Positions 14,101 to 22,800 of a DNA stretch of 64,000 nt are shown here, in pieces. This DNA is from a virus. Its lineage: Duplodnaviria; Caudoviricetes. A program made the translations under genes and the position numbers. Numbering within the stretch: position 1 is the stretch's first letter; every line of letters begins with the position of its first letter. The notes beneath the pieces were generated by a model. The model saw only the letters and a program-made list of their open reading frames with translations. It ran no database searches and was not told the origin of the DNA. The DNA is taken from the IMG/VR virus record IMGVR_UViG_3300031784_000002. One strand, given 5' to 3'.

Positions 14101-15237
14101 TCAAACAATGGAAATATTTGGGAATTTGTAAGTTCTCCAGTTGTTACTAATTTAAATAAGGTTATTTACGTTGATGGGAAATATATTGCTGTTGGAGATT
14201 ATGGAGTAATAATTAGGTCAATAAACAGAAATTCTTATGAAATTATTCCAAATAATCTTGGTATTGTAAACATATCAAGCATTTATTATAATTATGGTTT
14301 CTATATAATTGTTACATCTTTAGGTGATTTGTACTACTCTTTCGACCTAAGTAATTGGATTTATAGATCAACATCACAAGCAAACTTCATTAATGATTTA
14401 ATATTTGTTGATAATCTTGGCTCTGATGGAAGATATGTTGCTATAGGATCTGGAGCTACTGCAATATACGCTGAACCTGTTTACAATAGAGCGGAAGGTA
14501 TTTCCAGCGTAACTGCTGGGGTTGTAACTTCTATACAAATTACTAATGGTGGATTTGGATATGATCCAAACAATTCTCCACCAGTAATAATAGAACCAGA
14601 TAGTTGCGATACTGAATTAATTAGATCATTTAAAGTTGTTGGTGATCATGGAATTATTATTGGTATTACAACATATATTACTGGAACTCCCGGAATAGGA
14701 ACAACATCTCCAAAAATTTCCTTTACATTAAAATCGGAACAATATGATAATAGTACTTTAGGAATTGGTTATTCCTCTCTTAATATTTTTGGAGTTCTTA
14801 ATAGTCAATTATCTAAAGGAGATTATTTTGTTATTACTGACAGTAATGTTGAGACTGGTGGAGATTTAGTTGGAATTACGACACTTCTTGGTGGAATGTC
14901 CAACTATCCGAATTCTAAAATTGGTATAGCGAAATCTTTCATAGATGGAGTTTACATTGTAGAAGACATAACCACTCCTTCGGTTGGTATTGTTACAGTT
15001 ACTTGTAACTTTGCTCCGATGGTTGATAACTATCTTAAAGTTTATTCTAGAGGTTCTAATAATTCGGGTGTTGGAACGAATAATTATTATGGTAGATATA
15101 GTTGGGCTAAGATTTTTGATTATCAAAATAGAATTTTGGGTAATCCAAAAACTTTTGAAGTTTTTAATGATAATGGAATTTCTGGAATTTCATCTTCGCC
15201 GAAAATTATAAGAACGAGAAGTGTAATAAGTAAGTAA
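2131..15237 (+). CDS. gp7: Giant baseplate wedge initiator gp7-like protein (4368 aa) with many inserted beta-rich modules
   Basis: It lies between gp6 and gp8. It has the N-terminal IPEF...FLAQYY and YKSKGTDLSYKLLFKILYG motifs, an internal YYQKFSYSIK...VHPSGF motif and many GxGY repeats. Confidence 0.8.
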   Translation: MSEIKRVKISSIIGTQIPEFLSIESPLFSEFLAQYYNSLEYQSGPIDIVSNIVNYKNSKAFNNVELTEKTTLTSDVLSFDDVINVESTKGWPDSYGLLKINDEIITYLSKTETSFQNCIRGFSGIENLESLDNPEFLVFSSTKAAEHTDNSVVQNLSNLFLIKFFENFKYEFLPGFESRDFYKDISIENVSYKIKDLYKSKGTDLSYKLLFKILYGADIEIIKPQDYTLSPSSNSYFITKNILVEKISGGNPIDIKGNFLFQNITGIGTVSASIFNVEYRPVGEKEFYEISLDSTSFSGNFQVSGKTRILEDVQVNNSTILVDSTVGFANSGTILVKPKNSDFIKVSYTGKNINQFTGVTNVTQFLDFGLDLIEEKFAFSYVGVGNTSKVEFRVVNVIDNIDFSKTSNLRVGDNISLSGFGKDLYDTYEFNSWIYNIPTNHNIRSISQIDATKYRINLFDKIYFYQNEIISLSDNLGSSIEAKIISVEYSTSDSIKKYSNRILIQVINPGTYNVLTSKVVGKKIYKSNHYSNYFPNLENIPAGIQNTYIDSEEKYFYITSSGLPNYTIFSTDNKKTISTIVGTSTTDTFNVFNHNLFSGELVYYLPETSSGILTGLYYVTKIDDNRLKLSYSKSDIFSRKYIQSTSTITNDSLYKFGYQNKTLKHQKLLKKFYVDSSKPRESFDDLNERTTFNREVGLLVNGVELLSPNLFDENIYYGNITSINVTNSGQDYDVIDVPPLEVKDETGTGLKAHLNLSGSVREIKILNAGYGYQEKPKITITGGNGIGCILDSNFVKTRVSAGFKADLNVSTANNTIQFLNTIPFEDGEEVVYDSNKNSNVPGIVNNSTYFVGILTDNKIKLFNTKTNALQKVNEIDIVGVSSGFHFITTLKNKNTFTKIYVKESGQGYSNRKVRVPSILSGDNRSSGINTFDSYIFAKSHGFKDFDLVKYSYQGSAISGLSTSVHYYVKIIDVNKFRLYEAGIGTTLNNENYVKNKFVKLNSLGVGTHTIGYPPIEIRVESKLAIGSTTIINPELKPIVLGSIEDVYLEDGGIGFGCTNIINYHRRPNVGIASITAEAILKPIIIDGSIVDVQIINRGRGFRENSEIIIYGDGKYAQIEPIVADGKLSNVNIVFGGIGYKSSNTILVLKNRGQDAKFLANVKEWKINQVAKSRNVISEEDDGVLYPSKNPNSELQFYNFYIPKKLRYQLSDNFTDDNKENSGILNHSPILGYAYDGNPIYGAYSYDKTSGGFIRRMNSSYVLNLNLTPGIRPPSFESGFFIDDYEYDGSGDLDQHNGRFCITPEYPNGTYAYFCTIDVNASNEPIPRYPYIVGPYFYNKPLTENFLPSYNQDLDIFTKNLTRNVGPYYLNRSNSYYDLIDKVSNEYKQEFYVTSINSGKIEDVSIFSPGDNYKINDQVDVDITDTEGIQSNIVVSELDGREIESFSLFEDLIPNVEFFIRNPNTVVKTSSPHQIKNGQPVLISGISTITSSKFEGIKYVEVAEKTSQLLDNIATEGVTGLSTFITLKDITGFKINDFIGIGTEVLLITDIDSKRSGFYVNRLQNTGVHTAGIDSVVLLPREFSIPTGDIKDLTFDNYTTFFDPKFAVGIGTSVTTRTVVGLGTTSFETRSIPPRSIYLPSHKFYTGQPLIYNSGFAGTSLYVNNVGSATSIKLLDNQIVYAVNLGKDYVGLSTIGFTSSTGIGTNLNSLEFWDQTFAYGVIGAAHSLTTLNPKITGTVEKVLGVVTTKSNHNLNNDDIITLKLTTDYNEVVKVVFDPVNRKVLMREISFSDSNVSVQESSINVSSYNGNIETGDKVVYIATSPINGLVNYGVYYVLKTDFNSIKLCQYRSDINESKFINFSSTGGVGSTHKLYFVNPQISCVRTTKIEFDLSDTSLINLDLQFYFDSNFIQKINERTGFFVSRQGVPGNPNSKVILDLSAQFFPIYYNLFPKGSSDESKKQISSDDDVKSHNKISIINHQLNSKFKVSVSSDKTFSFYNTKKLTFVESNIIIQSATKFSYKTTSTNALGPISKLKINFPGRGYKKLPNIRGIRSSSGKNAVLKLISPNIGRVETFSRIKDGFDYPTDPTLSPSLSVPTVIGIKDIRTIDYVGIITGGKRYNSPPKLVVKNDTSGIELNAKISGGSVISVDVIKNSTSLSTPLDIVPIYNSNGYEIDAITVGGDLVTLELLNNSTFNPFISSGFGRTDFVYPFKIGDKIFIENCRLTDVTSDNANFNSSSYNYSFFDVVGVNTNNATVTYNMAGISTGSFGTYNDELNLGVVINKNDMPEFTMVLKDDVSYISNEKVSSETFFGTVMENGWDNNLNQMRLKSISGEINAGDKIFGEISKINGTVEYFDVFNLYATLGVSRDKTSSIDLSSGILNDSLQKISDNFYYQKFSYSIKGSIPYNVWRESVRSIVHPSGFKEFSDLEIFTKPTLNEVNLGIAKSTGMKPTLLSTDSFTFINIDQTIPLNLRSNFARVYEEELLPDGSIQNVYLDEGVDLTSYIINKTNKVIEIDNISDQFEGSSIQSLDQRFYGGADLLEGNRTFIQEEVVGFITTKYPGISTNVGWSKTVFYDSVGYVVDAVTHDVKYKSNNKSIEGGLSYWAGLGTSYVAGIPTETIDAFRYVVDLSKYIINNVGVKTSYQLLNSVGISSVVYNNITGVTTVGTTTSHGLSTTTTNYVVLKNISFSYNPGSGITTSIFPSLSLTGPLTAEKFVYEVEVVDSVRFRIRTGPSTISYTYLSGGTAQKAFISTSQYLSYAVLPDFDCNPNYNENCYADVQASVSNYVGIITTIIGIGTTASPDTIVSPSLAKGGSVVGLSTFKLKNKGTSLFKHEFSGSKVDIVNDKFIIPNHNFQSGQELIYSYSGGSPVGIATTSHVTGNLDTLLNVHNFSGTAVFENGYNVGITTVISGTVPTGPTGTVSYNQVIGVNTTGFGTNAVFNVLINYNGGGVAISTSIIPTYGGYGYSLGQQVSISGTYFGGTNPTNNLTFNISKTGPTVIQAQANTSYSSVPSSDASGAIFDVSRDSNGAVTYVKVLNGGSGYTSNSVISIAGTYIGGINSRDELSFTPLELGTKNLPTSVFVYKLNDNEFKLSGLSTSVFFDLTGVGTATHSLSYKEPNASVVITIDGIIQKAVARKSLNVSFASSVSSASTTIISISSGISSLSTGDIISIDSEYVSIKTIGITSANQIEVARGYFGTVATAHTVGASGTVLVGDFNIVGDVIYFDQAPNGKIGPVGLETGSTFGGRAFSRRFDPNIPQDKNILFDDISLSFTGIAATEFTLKSGGQTTSTVFNNVNSSTNINNNPIVLINNVFQNPTSDYTVDGVGTNVIKFLSGTPNSGKISKVSISTSYGYAPRIGAAATVTVSAAGTISNVIVIGSGSGYRNPPVVSIASTIGFGASIVVTVSAAGTISGFTIVNAGSGYTTTSRPEVVIGIPTGYSNLGLGYTGGTSGVGQKAKLTVEVGMGSSIITYKFDEPGIGYKVGDKLTPIGIVTNPALSFQPFVLTVEEVETDSFSGFYPGQFIQFNDISEFFNGFTKKFTLSTTLNGVKQVLGLRVPDGTDLDITNNIFIYINDILQVPNIAYKFSGSRVIFTEAPKAGSKCVVLYYRGSSTDVELIDPPKTIKPGDTITIQENPTDLFDISQFDRVVKKITSADQFETFNYYSVGIITDPTKIRPLTWKKQLNDTVISGSLYSKSRPNLQSSVKPSATIIKKVDPSDTVIYVDNAYPLFSDLDALPEDIRDALILENRVIQESLGECVVSSASTISSITIIDGGVGYANTQSPKVIISESLITKKDPIFNWTGGVGLSTTYSLKSIKYTNKFISVGDNSIYSTSFDGVNWQVSTLGFGQSSNFNSLESVAVGSSNFLLSAGNLGQVIKATDYGNVVSSWTQIPLQEDVSIPGFGAVNRVSSGYTGTFAEIVYSSTTDTWVTVGAGGSIFVGTGVATDSFVSRYSETLSNLNGLTFGAEYFVAVGNDGIIRTSNNGNIWEFVSSPVVTNLNKVIYVDGKYIAVGDYGVIIRSINRNSYEIIPNNLGIVNISSIYYNYGFYIIVTSLGDLYYSFDLSNWIYRSTSQANFINDLIFVDNLGSDGRYVAIGSGATAIYAEPVYNRAEGISSVTAGVVTSIQITNGGFGYDPNNSPPVIIEPDSCDTELIRSFKVVGDHGIIIGITTYITGTPGIGTTSPKISFTLKSEQYDNSTLGIGYSSLNIFGVLNSQLSKGDYFVITDSNVETGGDLVGITTLLGGMSNYPNSKIGIAKSFIDGVYIVEDITTPSVGIVTVTCNFAPMVDNYLKVYSRGSNNSGVGTNNYYGRYSWAKIFDYQNRILGNPKTFEVFNDNGISGISSSPKIIRTRSVISK

Positions 15238-15243
15238 AATCTA

Positions 15244-15251
15244 ACTAAATA
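15244..15251 (+). promoter_or_regulatory. Possible late promoter variant (ACTAAATA) upstream of gp8
   Basis: A variant of T4 TATAAATA in the short intergenic gap, about 20 nt before the ATG. Confidence 0.5.
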
Positions 15252-15270
15252 AAAAAAAGTATGTTCTAAA

Positions 15271-16866
15271 ATGCCCGCCATAATATCAGACCAGTTTAGA
15301 ATTTTAAATGCAGATAACTTTGTAAAAAGTGTCTCTGGAGTAGGTGATACTTCTAACAAATACTATACTTTTATAGGACTTCCTAATAGTAATAATCCAG
15401 CTGCTGGTGGATCTGTGAATTGGGTTTCAAATACTCCATCTCCATTGGATGGATTTAGGGAAGAATATCAGGTTAAAGAAAGTATTATATCTTTAAAGCA
15501 AATTTCAAGTCAAGATGTACGAAGACTTGTTAGAAAAGTTACTTGGGTTGCAGGTAACACTTATGAAATGTATAGACACGACTATGATGTATTCAATGTC
15601 ACCTCTGTTACATCTCAAACAAGTTTATATGAAGCAAATTATTATGTAATAAACGAAGATTTGAGAGTTTATGTATGTTTGCAAAATGGAACTGATCCTG
15701 AAAATCCAAAAGGAAGACCTTCTTTTGACCAACCAACTTTTATTGATTTAGAACCTAGAGCAGCTGGTGCTAGTGGAGATGGTTATATATGGAAATATTT
15801 GTATACTATCAAACCTTCTGAAATTGTTAAGTTTGACTCTATTGAATATATCCCAGTACCAGAAAATTGGGGCAATACTGGTGAATCAATATCTACAAAA
15901 AATAATGCAATTGATGGTAAAATTGAAGTTATTCTTATTAATAATAGAGGATCAAATTATCAACCAATTTCTACATCATTTTCAAATGTTCCTATTTTAG
16001 GTGATGGTTCTGGAGGAAAAGCAACTATAACTATTGACTCTTTTGGTAAAGTATCTGAAGTTTTTGTTACAGATGGTGGAAATGGGTATACTTATGGTAC
16101 AATTCAATTCTATCCAGGAGCTCCTGGTTCCGAAATTACTGGTCCTTTGCGTCAATTAAGTAATACTGGAATCGGAACTACATCAGTGGCTTCTTTCAAT
16201 GTTATTATTCCACCAAAAGGTGGTCATGGATACGATATTTATCGAGAATTGGGTGCATATAGAGTTTTATTATACTCTAGATATGAAACTTTAGAAAGTA
16301 ACCCAGATATTATTTTGGGAAATGACTTTGCTAGAATTGGAATTTTGAAAAATCCAACAATAGTTGGAAGTAGTAACCAATTATTAGATGCATCTTTGGT
16401 TAGTGGACTAAATGCTCTAAAATTATCTGGAGTTACAACTAATACAACATATGGTGTTGATTCTGTAATCAAACAGACTGTTGGATTAGGATCTACTGCA
16501 ATTGGATTTGTATCATCTTGGGATCCAATAACAGGAGTTTTAAAGTATTATCAACCAACTGGTCTAGCTTCAAGTGAAACAGGATTCAAGATTATTCCTT
16601 TCACATCCAATCCAGATGTTGGATATGGATTGACAATTAATTGTTCATCAATTGTTGGTCCAACATTATCAATTAATTCTAATTTTAGTGGCGTAAGTAC
16701 CACAATAAATAATAGAATATATCAGTTGGGTCAAGAGTTTGTAGCGGGTATTTCCTCTGCTGAATATAATAAAAAATCGGGTGACATTATCTATTTGGAT
16801 AATAGACAACCAATTCCCAGATCTGCTAACCAAAAAGAAGACATTAAAATTGTACTGGAGTTCTAA
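15271..16866 (+). CDS. gp8: Baseplate wedge subunit gp8
   Basis: MPAIISDQFRILNADNFV, WVAGNTYEMYRHDY, DGYIWKYLYTI and the C-terminal SGDIIYLDNR...QKEDIKIVLEF are characteristic of cyanophage gp8. Confidence 0.92.
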   Translation: MPAIISDQFRILNADNFVKSVSGVGDTSNKYYTFIGLPNSNNPAAGGSVNWVSNTPSPLDGFREEYQVKESIISLKQISSQDVRRLVRKVTWVAGNTYEMYRHDYDVFNVTSVTSQTSLYEANYYVINEDLRVYVCLQNGTDPENPKGRPSFDQPTFIDLEPRAAGASGDGYIWKYLYTIKPSEIVKFDSIEYIPVPENWGNTGESISTKNNAIDGKIEVILINNRGSNYQPISTSFSNVPILGDGSGGKATITIDSFGKVSEVFVTDGGNGYTYGTIQFYPGAPGSEITGPLRQLSNTGIGTTSVASFNVIIPPKGGHGYDIYRELGAYRVLLYSRYETLESNPDIILGNDFARIGILKNPTIVGSSNQLLDASLVSGLNALKLSGVTTNTTYGVDSVIKQTVGLGSTAIGFVSSWDPITGVLKYYQPTGLASSETGFKIIPFTSNPDVGYGLTINCSSIVGPTLSINSNFSGVSTTINNRIYQLGQEFVAGISSAEYNKKSGDIIYLDNRQPIPRSANQKEDIKIVLEF

Positions 16867-16871
16867 TAGAA

Positions 16872-19800
16872 ATGGCACAAAACACTAATTTAAATACGTC
16901 TCCATATTTTGATGATTTTGATCCGACAAAAAATTATCAAAGAGTTTTATTTAAGCCAGGAACTCCAATTCAAGCAAGAGAATTAACAACTCTCCAATCT
17001 ATCCTACAGAATCAGGTTGAAAAATTTGGTAAACATTTTTTCAAAGAAGGATCTGTAGTAATCCCCGGAAATATCGCATATGATTCCGAATATACTTGTG
17101 TTCAGATTGATCCTACTCACTTAAGTATCCCAGTAGTAACTTATTTGTCATTTTTAATTGGAAAACAAATAAAGGGTGAGACTAGTGGAGTATTTGCTAA
17201 AATTGAAAATTATATTACTAGTGAAGAATCCGAAAATGATACATTCACTTTGTATATAAAGTATCAAAGTTCTAGTGAAACTGATTTTACTCGTAGTACT
17301 TTTGTTGATGGAGAAAATTTAATCGTTCTGGAAAATATTGATTATGGGCTAGGTGTAATTAGATTAGAATCGTCATTTGCAACTACCATTATATCAAATT
17401 CTACTGCAACCGGATCTGCAGCAAAAATAGAATCTGGTGTTTATTTCATAAGGGGATTTTTTGTAGATGTTTTCCCACAAACAGTAATATTAGATCAATA
17501 TTCAAATTTACCATCTTATAGAATTGGTCTATCTATTTTTGAAGATATAGCCGTACCTTCTCAAGAAAATTTAGATTTGTTTGACAATGCTAGGGGATTT
17601 TCAAACTTTGCTGCTCCTGGTGCAGATAGACTCAGAATCGTAACAACTCTAATAAAAAAATCTTTAGATGATTTTAATGATGAAAATTTTATTGAATTGT
17701 TGAGAATTGAAAATGGAAATATTAAGAGAATTCTCAGAAAGGAAGACATTCCATCACTAATAACGGATGAGTTAGCGAGAAGAACAACTGATGAATCTGG
17801 AGACTATTATGTAACTCCATTTAGAGTTGTTCCTAAAGAATCATTAAACGACAAAATAGGAAACAATGGTGTTTATAATCTAGGTCAATTAACCAAACAA
17901 GGAAGTATCCCTTCAGATGATTTATTGACATTACAAATTTCTCCAGGAAAAGCATATGTCAAAGGGTATGAAGTAGAAACTCTTGTAACTGTAAATGCGG
18001 ATCTAGAAAAACCAAGAACTACAACAACTGTTAATGATATAACTGTTCCTTTTAGTTTAGGCAACCAAGTAGAACTTAATAATGTTTATGGATCAATTCC
18101 TGTTGGATTTGGTTCAACTAGTCAAGTAACTTTATATTCAAGAAGAACTGCAACTCCAGGTCTTCCTTCTGGTATTCCAGTAGGAGTTGCTAGAGTTTAT
18201 GATTTAAAACTAAAAAATACTGCGTATGCCAATTCTTCAACTCCTTTTGAAGCGTCAGTTTACGATGTACAAACTTACACATATTTGACATTAAATACAA
18301 CCGTAACTCTCACTAAACCATCATTCGTTGAAGGTAAAAATAGTTCAGCTTCTGGATATTTAACATCAGCTGTCACAAATAGTAACCAAGTAGTATTATA
18401 TCAAACTTCTGGCGAATTTATCGTAGGTGAACAATTAAAAATAGATGGTCAAGATATTTCTAGAACAATAGTTAGTGTTAGGGATTATGATCTAGGAGAT
18501 ATAAAACAACTTGTCGGATATGTTGGAACTACAACGTCTTTCACTGCTGATACTGTATTATCTGTAGGAGTTCCTATTGCACCACAGGGTACTACATTTA
18601 CTATTTCTGCAGGTTCTGGAGGAATAAGTACTGTAACAACATCAACTTCTACTTTTGGAGTGGGAATTAACACTGGAGATATTTTTGTTTATACTAAGTC
18701 CGGAGAAACAGTACCTACTTATAATAGAGTTACTTCTGTAAATGCTTCTGCAAAATCTATAAGTATTGAAGCAACTACAAGTGTTTCTGGTATCAATAGT
18801 GGAGGACTACCTACAAGTATAACAAATACGAGTGGATTGTTTAAAGGAGTATCTACACTATTAAACAATAAACAATCATTTTTATTCGCCGAGTTACAGA
18901 ATCAAAATGTTGCAAGCGTTGATGTTTCTGATGCTGAAATAGTTTATAGAAAATCCTATTCTGTAACCGTTGCATCTAACGGTTTGACAGCAACTTTAGA
19001 AAGTGACACTAGTATCACTTTGGAACCATTTGATGAGGAAGACTATTATTTAGTTTTTTCTGATGGTACTGTTGAAACATTAACTTCCAGTCAGTTTACA
19101 ATTACCTCAGGAAGAACTTTAACTTTAGTTAATTTAAGTAAAAATGGTTCTGCAACCTTAACCGCTACTTTAAGAAAAAGAAGACTAAAATCTAGAAAGA
19201 AAGTTTTTAATAGATGTGCAGTTTTAGATATTAGAAATTCTAGTAGTCGTTCATCTGGAATAGGTAGTACCACCCTTAATGACGGTCTAACATATAGTTC
19301 ATATTATGGTACAAGAGTACAAGACTCCAGAATATCATTAAATGTACCTGATGTAATCTTTGTTGCAGGTGTTTTTGAATCTTCTGATTCAAATGATGCT
19401 GAATTACCCAGATTGGAAGTTGTTGATTTAAATGCTAATATTTTAAATGCAATTAAAGGTGAAATAATTTATGGACAATCGAGCAATGCAATAGCAAAGT
19501 TTGTTGCAACTAATGGAACAAATCAACTAGAATTTGTATACATTAACGAAAATGCTTTCATTAAAGGTGAAAAAATTCTGTTTGGAGAATCAAACGTCAG
19601 TGCAAGAATAAGCTCTTTAATTGAAGGCGATAGAAATATCATGACTGATTTTCTTTTTGATAATGGTCAAACTTTAGAAATAGCTGACTATTCTTCGCTT
19701 AGAAGAAAATCGGGTGTAACTGCACCAACAAAGAGGTTAAAAATAATTTACGATTATTACTATATTGATCCTAACGATACGGGAGATTTTGTAACGGTTA

Positions 19801-22800
19801 GTTCATACGAACGTGAAAGATATTCTCAAGACATGCCAAGAATTTCTTACTATAGATCGAGTGATATTATAGACCTAAGACCTAGAGTTAGTCCATATAA
19901 TAGTGCTTTAACTCCATTTTCTCCGTTTGAATTTGATTCAAGAAAGTTTTTAGCTTCAACAAATTCTAGTCCATATAATTTTGCTAAAGATAGAGATCTA
20001 TTTTTATCATATTCTTATTATCTTGGTAGAATCGATAAATTATATCTCAATAGATATGGAGAATTTTTCGTTACAAAAGGAGTAGCATCACAGACTCCAA
20101 TTGCTCCAAATAATATTGAAAATGCTATGGAAGTAGCTACCATTACTATGAGTCCATATGTTTATAATGTCAAAGATGTAATTGTCAAGTTATCATCGCA
20201 TAAACGTTATAGAATGCAAGATATTGCAAGACTAGAAGATAGAATAAGAAATATTGAATATTATACTTCGTTGTCTCTCTTAGAAACTGATACTAAGAAC
20301 CTATCTTTAAGAGACTCTCAAACTCAATTAGATAGATTTAAATGTGGTTTTCTTGTAGATAATTTCAAATCAATACGTTCAGGATCCTTAGGTGATTCTC
20401 AGCATAAGTGCAGTGTTGACACTGAAGAAGGAGTACTTAGACCTCAACACTATACCACTTCCATAGATCTTCTTTTAGGATCGGAATCTGTAACCGGAAT
20501 ATCTAATATTTCAAATCCAGACGCTGACTTAAGATTTGTAAAAGACTTAGGAAATCCAAATACAGTCAAAGTTGGAGATGTTGTTTGTTTGAAATATAGT
20601 GATGAAGTATTTTTAAAGAATACTTTTGCAACTAGAGTTGAAAATGTTAACCCATTCAATGTTGTTAACTGGATTGGATCTATCGAATTAAATCCATCAA
20701 CAGATACTTGGATTGAGACCAGAGGATCGAAGAGAACAATCGACCAGGAAGGAAATTATGAAGCTACACTGAGAGCTCTTGGTGCTGATAGTAATACTGG
20801 ATTATCTCCAATTGATTGGGGTTCTTGGGAAACTACTTGGACTGGTAGACAAGAAATTGCCAGACAAAATGTACATACTATATTCCAAGGATCCACCTTT
20901 GTGGGTTCTACCGGTACTTGGTGGAGAGAAGAACAAACTTTCAGAGATCAATATTTAACATTTGCAAATGTTACTACTCTTAATACTACAAGACAATCTA
21001 GACAAGGTGTTCAATATAAAGTTGGTGAAAGAATAGATTCTGTTAACTTGGGAACTTCTGTTGTATCTACAGAAATTATTCATGTAATGAGATCTAGAAA
21101 TATTGAGTTCATAGCAAAAAGATTAAAACCAAAAACAAAAGTTTATGCGTTTTTTGATAATGTTGATATGAACAAATATGTTGTTCCAAAACTCATTGAA
21201 ATTCAAATGGAAAGTGGTACTTTCACTGTTGGAGAAACAGTCGTTGGTACAGTAGGAACTACATCAATTAAATTTAGATTAGCAACTGCTAACCATAAGT
21301 ATGGTCCATACAATCAACCTGAACAAGTTTTTACAGATAATCCATATTCTCCCACACAATTAATACCAATATCTTATTCAACGACATCAACTATATTAAA
21401 TGTTGATACAGCTTCTCTAGAGTTACAATCTGCTTCTGGATTCTATGGACACGTCATTCCGAACATGCAACTAAGAGGCGAAACTTCTAAGGCAGTTGCA
21501 AAAATAATGGATGTTAGATTAGTTACTGATGTTTCCGGTACTGTAATTGGATCACTGTTTATTCCTGATTCAAGACTACAATCTACTCCATCATTTGAAA
21601 CAGGAACAAAAACTTTCGTCCTTACAACTAGCTCCACAAACACCCCAATTGTTGGTGCTACAGATAGTATAGCTGATGTTAAATTTAGATCCTCCGGAAC
21701 TATAAACAATACAGAAGAAGTTACTCTAAGAACAAGGAATGCAAATGTTGAGAGAACTAGTAGAACCGAAGAAAGAACTTTAACTTCTCAAGAGACAGAG
21801 TTAACAGCAGGAACTACTTTCATAAACCGTACTGTAGTTCAAACTAGATGGGTTGACCCAATTGCACAATCTTTTGAAGTTCCTGAAGAAACTGGAATTT
21901 TCATTACAAAATGTGATCTATTCTTTAGGACTAAAGATACTAATAATTTGCCGATTACAATGCAAATCAGAACTATGCAAACTGGTTTGCCTACAACAAC
22001 AATCATTCCATTTGGTGAGGTTGTTTTAGATCCAAGTCAGGTAAATGTATCGGAAGATGGTAGAACTCCAACAACATTTACTTTCTCATCTCCAGTTTAT
22101 CTTGAGAGTGGAAATGATTACTGTGTAGTATTACTTTCTGTATCTAATGAATACACTGTATGGATTTCTAGAATGGGTGAGGAAGATATAACAACATTGA
22201 ATTTACCAGAGTCACAAAAAATAGTTGTGTCACAACAACCTTTATTAGGATCTCTATTTAAATCCCAGAATGGTGCTACATGGGATCCTAGTCAATTAGA
22301 AGATCTAAAACTAACTCTTTATAGAGCGAAGTTTGTTACCGGATCTTCTACAGTTAGATTCTATAATCCAAAATTAGACATCGGTAACAATCAAATCGTA
22401 ACTTTAAGACCTAATCCATTAGATTGTATTTCTAAATCAACTTTGATTGGATTAGGAAAAAGTTTGACTTCTACAGAAGTTACTGGATTAACTCCAGGAA
22501 GTCCAATACTACAAAACAACAATCAAACTTTTAGATCGAATTTAAAGAGTATAGTTGGTTCTGTAGGAATTGGAAGTACGTTAGTGGTAACTTCAGCAGG
22601 AGCTGCATTTACATCTACATTTAAAACTTATTCTAATGTAGATTTAGTTTCCTTAACTGGTTTTGGTTTTGGTGCTAAAGTAAATCTAAGTGTTCAAAAT
22701 GGAGTTGCTATTGCAGCTACAGTTTCTATTGGAGGTACTGGATATGCTTATGGAGATTCACTGAGAGTCAATTATACACAAACAGATGGACTTGGTAGTA

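Noticed and set aside
13560-14470. Ycf48/HCF136 photosystem II assembly auxiliary gene
   Set aside because: The propeller repeats are in-frame within the 4368-aa gp7, not a separate gene, so a structural or adhesion role is more parsimonious.
2131-15237. Giant size of gp7 as a novelty in itself
   Set aside because: Greatly enlarged gp7-like wedge proteins are a general feature of T4-like cyanophages; only specific inserts were flagged.
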